A DNA stretch of 64,000 bases from Gammaproteobacteria bacterium. GTDB lineage: Bacteria > Pseudomonadota > Gammaproteobacteria > UBA4575. The DNA is taken from contig CBDEUS010000001.1 in the NCBI GenBank assembly GCA_965243395.1, forward strand, positions 288,001-352,000. Direction: 5' to 3'. A program made the position numbers and the translations under genes. How positions within the stretch are numbered: position 1 is the first letter of the stretch; every line of letters starts with the position of its first letter. This document shows, in pieces, positions 58,684-64,000 of the stretch. The notes under the pieces are model-generated. The model was not told the DNA's origin, did no database searches, and saw nothing but the letters and a program-made list of their open reading frames with translations.

Positions 58684-60201
58684 ATGAAATTAGCTTCAGA
58701 AGCACGTTTACAGGCCATCATTGAAAGTTCTGTCGAGGCAATCATAACTATTGATGATTCTGGGATAATTCAAATGTTTAATCCGGCAGCAGAAAAAATA
58801 TTTTCTTACAAATCAACAGAAGTTATTGGAAAAAATATCAACATATTGATGCCAATGCCATATAAACAAGAACATGATTCTTATATTAAGAGTTACCAGG
58901 CAAGTGGCGATGCGAAAATAATTGGTATAGGTCGCGAACTCACTGCCGTTCGAAAAGACGGAACTGATTTTCCTATCTGGTTATCTGTAGCAGAGTTTTA
59001 CGAAGAAGAAAAACAATATTTTACAGGCTTTATCCAAGACATTACTGCATTTAAGCATGCGCAAGAAGCATTGCGCTTACGAGAAGAAGAATTTCAATTA
59101 ATTTTTGAGAATGCACCAACAGGTGTAGCTGTATTAGACACTAAGGGTCATTACACTAATGTAAATACATCTTTATGTGACATGTTGGGTTATTCAAAGC
59201 TTGAATTATTAAAACTTTCTTATAAAGATATAACTCATCCAGAAGATTTAGATATTAGTAGTGAATATCTTAGCAAGCTCCTAAAAGGAGATTTTTCAAA
59301 TTTTAATTTAGATAAGCGTTATATCCGAAAAGATAAAAAAATTGTTAATGTCGTTTTGAATGTTGCGGTTGTACATGAAAATGTTTCGTTAGCACATGAT
59401 GAGAAAGGCAATCCAGCATTTTTAATATCCCATATTCTAGATGTTTCAGATAAAGTCGAAATAGAAAATAAACTTAAAATCCAGCAAGAACAACTTGCGC
59501 ATAGAGATCGTGTCAGCATTATGGGTGAAATGACTGCAGGGATAGCACACGAGATCAATCAACCGTTAACAGCCATAGAGTCCTATTCGCAAGCAGCACA
59601 GCGTAGAATCAAAGCAAATGATATCGATAAGCTCCAAGAATTATTAGAAAAGATATCTAGAGCATCGAAGCGTGCAGGGGATGTAATTAGTCATTTACAA
59701 GCCATGGTTAAACGCGATACTCAACAACATGAGCAAATTAATATTAATAGATTGATAGAAGAGGTTGTGAAGCTAGCTGAAATCGATGCATTAGCAAATG
59801 AATTTAAAATCAAACAAGAGTTAGCATCTACCTTGCCATACGTAATGGCTGATGTCATACAACTACAGCAAGTGGTATTAAATCTAGTTCGCAATGCTAT
59901 GGATGCGGCAAAGCAAGAGTCTGAGGGAAATAGACAAATAACTATCACTACTTTGTTCTTAGCCGATGAAAATAGAATACAAGTATCGGTTAAGGATTGC
60001 GGCAAAGGTATTGACGATATAACTGCTCAACAGTTATACAACCCATTTTTTACGACAAAAAAGTCAGGTATGGGTATGGGTTTGGCGATATGTCAATCGA
60101 TTATACAATCACATGGTGGACGTTTATGGTTTATACATAACGAAAAAAAAGGTACCACCTTTCATTTCACATTACCTACCGCTGTGAGTGAAAATGAGTA
60201 A
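58684..60201 (+). CDS. fixL: FixL-like heme-PAS/PAS histidine kinase
   Basis: PAS with ILMP..EHDSYI..IIGIGR..RKDGT.FP; H-box AHEINQPL; G-box GMGMGLAI. Confidence 0.85.
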   Translation: MKLASEARLQAIIESSVEAIITIDDSGIIQMFNPAAEKIFSYKSTEVIGKNINILMPMPYKQEHDSYIKSYQASGDAKIIGIGRELTAVRKDGTDFPIWLSVAEFYEEEKQYFTGFIQDITAFKHAQEALRLREEEFQLIFENAPTGVAVLDTKGHYTNVNTSLCDMLGYSKLELLKLSYKDITHPEDLDISSEYLSKLLKGDFSNFNLDKRYIRKDKKIVNVVLNVAVVHENVSLAHDEKGNPAFLISHILDVSDKVEIENKLKIQQEQLAHRDRVSIMGEMTAGIAHEINQPLTAIESYSQAAQRRIKANDIDKLQELLEKISRASKRAGDVISHLQAMVKRDTQQHEQININRLIEEVVKLAEIDALANEFKIKQELASTLPYVMADVIQLQQVVLNLVRNAMDAAKQESEGNRQITITTLFLADENRIQVSVKDCGKGIDDITAQQLYNPFFTTKKSGMGMGLAICQSIIQSHGGRLWFIHNEKKGTTFHFTLPTAVSENE

Positions 60202-60799
60202 AGATCAACAGATTGTATTTATTGTTGATGATGATGAAGATGTACGTGATAGTTTATTCGAGCTAGTCACCTCTATTGGATTGACTGCTAAAGCATATGA
60301 GTCCGCAAACAATTTTCTAAGTGAATTCGATAAGAATGTACCTGGCTGTATTCTTGCGGATGTGCGCATGCCAGGGTTAAGCGGCATAGAATTGCAACAT
60401 AAACTCATCGAACTCCATGCGCCACAGCCACTAATTATTATTACAGGACATGGTGATATCACTATGGCGGTTCAAGCAATGAAAGATGGTGCATTTGAGT
60501 TTTTGCAAAAACCTTTCCGAGATCAAGATATTTTAGATTGCATAGTTAAAGCTCTTGAACAAGACGCTACTAATCGAATAAAAATAACCAAGCAAGCTGA
60601 CACACAAGATCGTGTAAACTCTTTAACATCTCGTGAACGTGAAGTTATTGATAAAGTGATTGAAGGAAAGCCCAATAAAATCATAGCGCGTGAGCTTGGA
60701 ATTAGTGACCGTACAGTAGAGATTCATCGTTCTCATGCCATGGAGAAGTTGGGCGTCAAATCAGCAACAGAGCTGGTCAAACTTATGCTTAGTATTTGA
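60194..60799 (+). CDS. fixJ: FixJ-like response regulator (REC-LuxR)
   Basis: VDDD, DVRMPG, TGHGD, KPF, LT.REREV..NK.IA..S.RTVEIHR. Confidence 0.88.
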   Translation: MSKDQQIVFIVDDDEDVRDSLFELVTSIGLTAKAYESANNFLSEFDKNVPGCILADVRMPGLSGIELQHKLIELHAPQPLIIITGHGDITMAVQAMKDGAFEFLQKPFRDQDILDCIVKALEQDATNRIKITKQADTQDRVNSLTSREREVIDKVIEGKPNKIIARELGISDRTVEIHRSHAMEKLGVKSATELVKLMLSI

Positions 60800-60861
60800 T
60801 CCAAGACAATATCTTGGAAATCTTCAATATTCGATTGAGTACTTACAAATTTCAATAGAAA

Positions 60862-60875
60862 TTGATCGAAGTCAT
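60862..60875. promoter_or_regulatory. FNR-like box upstream of pseudo-receiver
   Basis: TTGAT-CGAA-GTCAT; -10 not clear. Confidence 0.5.
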
Positions 60876-60962
60876 TATTTAAGCATCTAGTGCTATGCGA
60901 TTATTCAGAATTGAATGATATTCAATTTTGGTACACCAGTATCGCAATAGTTAAAGATTTCA

Positions 60963-61352
60963 ATGACCTGGAAGTTAAAAAAAATAGCTCCAATCCACCT
61001 GATTATTGGTGACGAAGATACCTGTGTTCAAATAACTAAACTGTTAGCCAAGATTCCAGCTGAAGTAAAAACGTTTGGTAGTGCTGGTGCATTTCTTCAT
61101 GCGCGCATCTCTGAGGCTCCAGCTTGTTTGATTACCGAAGTTAAACTAGATGATTCTGATGGAATTACGTTTATAAAACAAATGCGTGAGCATGGGTTAT
61201 CTACTCCTGTTATTGTTTTAGCAGATGGTGATAACAGTGTTAATACTGCAGTGAAAGCAATACAAGCAGGAGCATCTGATTTTATTGAAAGGCCAATTAT
61301 CGAAAGAGATTTTCTTGAACGTGTACAAAAAGTTCTAGAAAAAAGTGGATAG
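60963..61352 (+). CDS. Single-domain pseudo-receiver protein
   Basis: REC fold similar to FixJ, but CLITEVKL (Glu at phospho-Asp position) and FIERP (Arg for Lys). Confidence 0.8.
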   Translation: MTWKLKKIAPIHLIIGDEDTCVQITKLLAKIPAEVKTFGSAGAFLHARISEAPACLITEVKLDDSDGITFIKQMREHGLSTPVIVLADGDNSVNTAVKAIQAGASDFIERPIIERDFLERVQKVLEKSG

Positions 61353-61395
61353 GTGTTATCGTGCAATTTAGCTGTTTAAAAAGCTAGAAATTATT

Positions 61396-62478
61396 ATGAC
61401 TGAGAATTGCGAGGCAGATACATCACGCCATGGGATTAGCTGTCACGCTAATAAAGAACGACCAGATTATTTGCTATGGAGTACTTTGAGTCTAACCACA
61501 ATCTTGTATATCTTACATTGGCAATTTTCTAGTCAAATTTCGTCCGCCACATTACTGAGTACTTTAAGTCATTCAACGTATGATTTAATAAATACCATTT
61601 GGTGGGGAATTCTCATGGGTATCCTTATGATCTCACTCTTGGGCAAAATTCCTAGAGAATTTGTTGTCTCATTACTTGGTACGGGGAGAGGTTTCAGGGG
61701 AATTATTCGCGCAACTTTAGGTGGTGTGCTACTTGATTTGTGTAGTCATGGAATTTTAATGGTTGGGGCGAAATTATATGAAAGAGGAGCTTCTTTAGGT
61801 CAAGTTATGGCTTTTTTAGTTGCCAGCCCATGGAATTCATTTTCTCTAACTCTAATTTTAATTGCCTTGATAGGATTGAAATGGACTTTAATATTCATTT
61901 TTGCTTCTATGCTAATTGCAATTACTAGTGGGGTTATCTTTGATAAATTAGTTTCTTCAAAAGTGCTACCAAAAAACCCGCACCAGATTGATTTACCAAA
62001 AGACTTTCAATTTTGGCAAGCCGCGCGAACTAGATTCAGCGATTTAAAATTTACATCAAAATTTTTTTGGACCATGGCTAAAGATGGGATTGTTGAATCA
62101 CGCATGGTAATACGTTGGATTTTATTTGGTGTTTTATTTGCCGGAGTGGTGAGAACATTTATGGATGCCGAAAGCTTTCAAAATTACTTTGGGCCAACGA
62201 TAGCTGGTCTTGCATTAACCTTGGTTGCTGCAACCATTATTGAAGTTTGTTCAGAAGGTTCAAGTCCAATTGCTGCAGATATATTGAATCGGGCACATGC
62301 GCCCGGTAATAGCTTTGCCTTTCTTATGACAGGAGTTTCGACTGATTACACGGAAGTAATGGTAATAAAAGATGCGACTAAATCTTGGAAAATCGCACTA
62401 TTTTTACCTTTGATAACGGTGCCTCAAGTAGTTGTATTGGCTTATGTATTTAATTTTGTTATGGCAATACCTGAATAA
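61396..62478 (+). CDS. Permease, DUF318/ArsP_1-like
   Basis: Two repeats with LCSHG / VCSEG and 'FL.ASP' / 'FLMTG'; multiple TM segments. Confidence 0.8.
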   Translation: MTENCEADTSRHGISCHANKERPDYLLWSTLSLTTILYILHWQFSSQISSATLLSTLSHSTYDLINTIWWGILMGILMISLLGKIPREFVVSLLGTGRGFRGIIRATLGGVLLDLCSHGILMVGAKLYERGASLGQVMAFLVASPWNSFSLTLILIALIGLKWTLIFIFASMLIAITSGVIFDKLVSSKVLPKNPHQIDLPKDFQFWQAARTRFSDLKFTSKFFWTMAKDGIVESRMVIRWILFGVLFAGVVRTFMDAESFQNYFGPTIAGLALTLVAATIIEVCSEGSSPIAADILNRAHAPGNSFAFLMTGVSTDYTEVMVIKDATKSWKIALFLPLITVPQVVVLAYVFNFVMAIPE

Positions 62479-62601
62479 TATTTAAATTAAAATAATTAAG
62501 CTTGTGTTTGCTTTTCATATTTTGTTGACATAGCTCAGTTTATAAAAATATTTTTGTCATAAAATAATATAAAAGTTGATAGAAAATATAGAGGCTCAAA
62601 A

Positions 62602-62742
62602 ATGAAATATGTATCTAAGTTTGACCACTTTTATCACGAATTAGTTACCTTTACTAAGGAAAATTGGTTTGAGGTTGCCGTATTATGCCTTTGGATGAGT
62701 ATAGTTTTTTGGATAATAATTGCATTGTTTAGTTGGTGGTAA
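62602..62742 (+). CDS. 46-aa single-TM small protein (below ORF-track cutoff)
   Basis: GAGG RBS; MKYVSKFDHFYHELVTFTKENWFEVAVLCLWMSIVFWIIIALFSWW; degenerate FNR box 62525-62538 with TAAAAT 21 nt downstream. Confidence 0.55.
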   Translation: MKYVSKFDHFYHELVTFTKENWFEVAVLCLWMSIVFWIIIALFSWW

Positions 62743-62803
62743 AGCTAGAATAAGAAGTTAATATTTTATTGTAATTACCATTAATTTATGGTGCTATATA
62801 AAA

Positions 62804-63238
62804 ATGGTAGTTGTTTTCATAAGCACAATTTTCGTAATTGTGTTATCTGTGGCACTTCATTATGAAGTTTTAACGCGTCTTGCAGAAAGACACTTTAAAC
62901 GCGCATGGCCTACAAGACTGCTATTACCAGTAGGTGTGTTAATTATTATTCTTACGCATGTGATTGAAGTATGGCTATTTGCAGTATTATATTATTTCTT
63001 GCTACCTATAAATAATACAGGTGAAGTGATTGGTGAATTTAGTAATGGAATTCTAGATTGCGCCTACTTCTCTTTTGTTAATTATACGTCTCTTGGTTAC
63101 GGTGATCTTGTTCCGATAGGGCATATTCGATTTACTGCTGGTTCCGAAGCTTTGACAGGTCTAGTACTAATCGCATGGACAGCATCCTTCACCTATCTTC
63201 AAATGCAGCAACTAGTACACAACAAGAATAAAAAATAA
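62804..63238 (+). CDS. Two-TM ion channel (Ion_trans_2) family protein
   Basis: YFSFVNYTSLGYGD pore signature. Confidence 0.88.
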   Translation: MVVVFISTIFVIVLSVALHYEVLTRLAERHFKRAWPTRLLLPVGVLIIILTHVIEVWLFAVLYYFLLPINNTGEVIGEFSNGILDCAYFSFVNYTSLGYGDLVPIGHIRFTAGSEALTGLVLIAWTASFTYLQMQQLVHNKNKK

Positions 63239-63397
63239 TAGAAATCTATATAAAATAGTATTTAACGAAGTGTTATTTACAACAGCTTGTATTTCTTTCT
63301 TTAGATCCTCAATATAATTTGTTTTGCTAATTGGGCATTAATAATTAATATTATCTCACCTGGTATTTACTAAGTATCCGAACTTTTTTATGCAAAT

Positions 63398-63853
63398 TTA
63401 AAATTCAGATTCATATTCTTGGATTGAATATAGAAATAAAATTAGCTCAAATATACGGCCCCTAACTAAGGTATTGGCATATTCCGGGCTTACATGAGTC
63501 CATGTTTCTTGACTATAGCGATCTCCCCATACAGGCATTAAACGTGTGCCATGATATTTATTCATATCGCGCCCATCAATGATTAAAAACGTTTCTAGAA
63601 AAGGAAACGTGCCATCATCATTAAGTAGTTTTGTTAAATCGGAAGGTTTAAATACTAAAGCAACAGAATAGGGTCCATCTCCTTTTCCATGTTCCCCATG
63701 ACAAAGAGCACATCTTTCTTGATATTCTTTTTCACCCTCAATAATAGCGTCATCAGTTTCGGTTAACTCAATTAAATCTCTGGCATATAATGAGCTTGTC
63801 AAAGCAAAAGACAAAATTGCTAAACTTGTTAATAATTTAATGGTGGCTTTCAT
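63398..63853 (-). CDS. Monoheme cytochrome c (MPVWG type)
   Basis: CALCH, GKGDG, HGTRLMPVWG; signal peptide from ATG 63853. Confidence 0.9.
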   Translation of the reverse strand: MKATIKLLTSLAILSFALTSSLYARDLIELTETDDAIIEGEKEYQERCALCHGEHGKGDGPYSVALVFKPSDLTKLLNDDGTFPFLETFLIIDGRDMNKYHGTRLMPVWGDRYSQETWTHVSPEYANTLVRGRIFELILFLYSIQEYESEF

Positions 63854-63909
63854 AATAATCTCACATATATTGACTAGCTTATAGAGTATTCGATGCATAT
63901 AAATAATTG

Positions 63910-63923
63910 TTGATATACATCAA
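63910..63923. promoter_or_regulatory. FNR box (cytochrome c)
   Basis: TTGAT-ATAC-ATCAA; TACTCT -10 21 nt away on minus strand. Confidence 0.88.
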
Positions 63924-64000
63924 ATTTATATGACTAAGCTGTTATAGTATTAACTTCACGCATTTGTGTTTATAAAAATTAAAAAGCATGTAATGGGTTC

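Noticed and set aside
594-61366. Many antisense/overlapping ORFs in the track (e.g. 46150-46632, 49775-50332, 25353-25766, 41558-41887, 11389-11607)
   Set aside because: Shadows of well-supported genes or of a structured repeat; no RBS or recognisable motifs
1-64000. tRNA, rRNA, prophage, transposase or integrase genes
   Set aside because: No recognisable signatures found by eye; small RNAs could still be missed without covariance-model scans

Overview
AT-rich gammaproteobacterial chromosome segment. A conserved core runs from about 12.1 to 45.5 kb: PPIase-yciI / yciO-S2P-trpS-scpA-scpB-rluB; yciK-cysC-rmuC-gph-ubiG-mtaD / mtnA-gyrA-serC; pheA-tyrA-aroA-cmk-rpsA-ihfB-lapA-lapB-pyrF-comEA-galU. 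Two insertions interrupt it: a Zur-box-controlled TonB-dependent receptor between scpB and rluB, and an opposite-strand sugar-nucleotide/decarboxylase block between serC and pheA. Left accessory region: (i) an integron-like array at 3355-5448 of small co-oriented genes, each bounded by a 28-bp imperfect palindrome (ATGTCCGCT-N10-AGCGGACAT) that is not an attC site and has no recombinase in the window; relatives of the repeat recur at two other insertion junctions (17493, 45555); (ii) a sigma54 operon (secreted proteins, glutaredoxin, YHS protein, membrane protein, thiolase) divergent from a His/Cys-PAS enhancer-binding protein. Right accessory region (45.6-64 kb): a low-oxygen island with heme-PAS FixL, FixJ, a Cys-intact FNR, a pseudo-receiver and about 12 FNR boxes (10 with a -10 hexamer 21-22 nt downstream). 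These precede a globin, four paralogous MPVWG cytochromes c, USPs, Hsp20, an FNT channel, CHAD, an orphan CbpM and a zinc-finger-less DksA-like protein. No rRNA, tRNA, CRISPR, integrase or transposase was recognised. All calls come from reading motifs by eye; no database searches were run.
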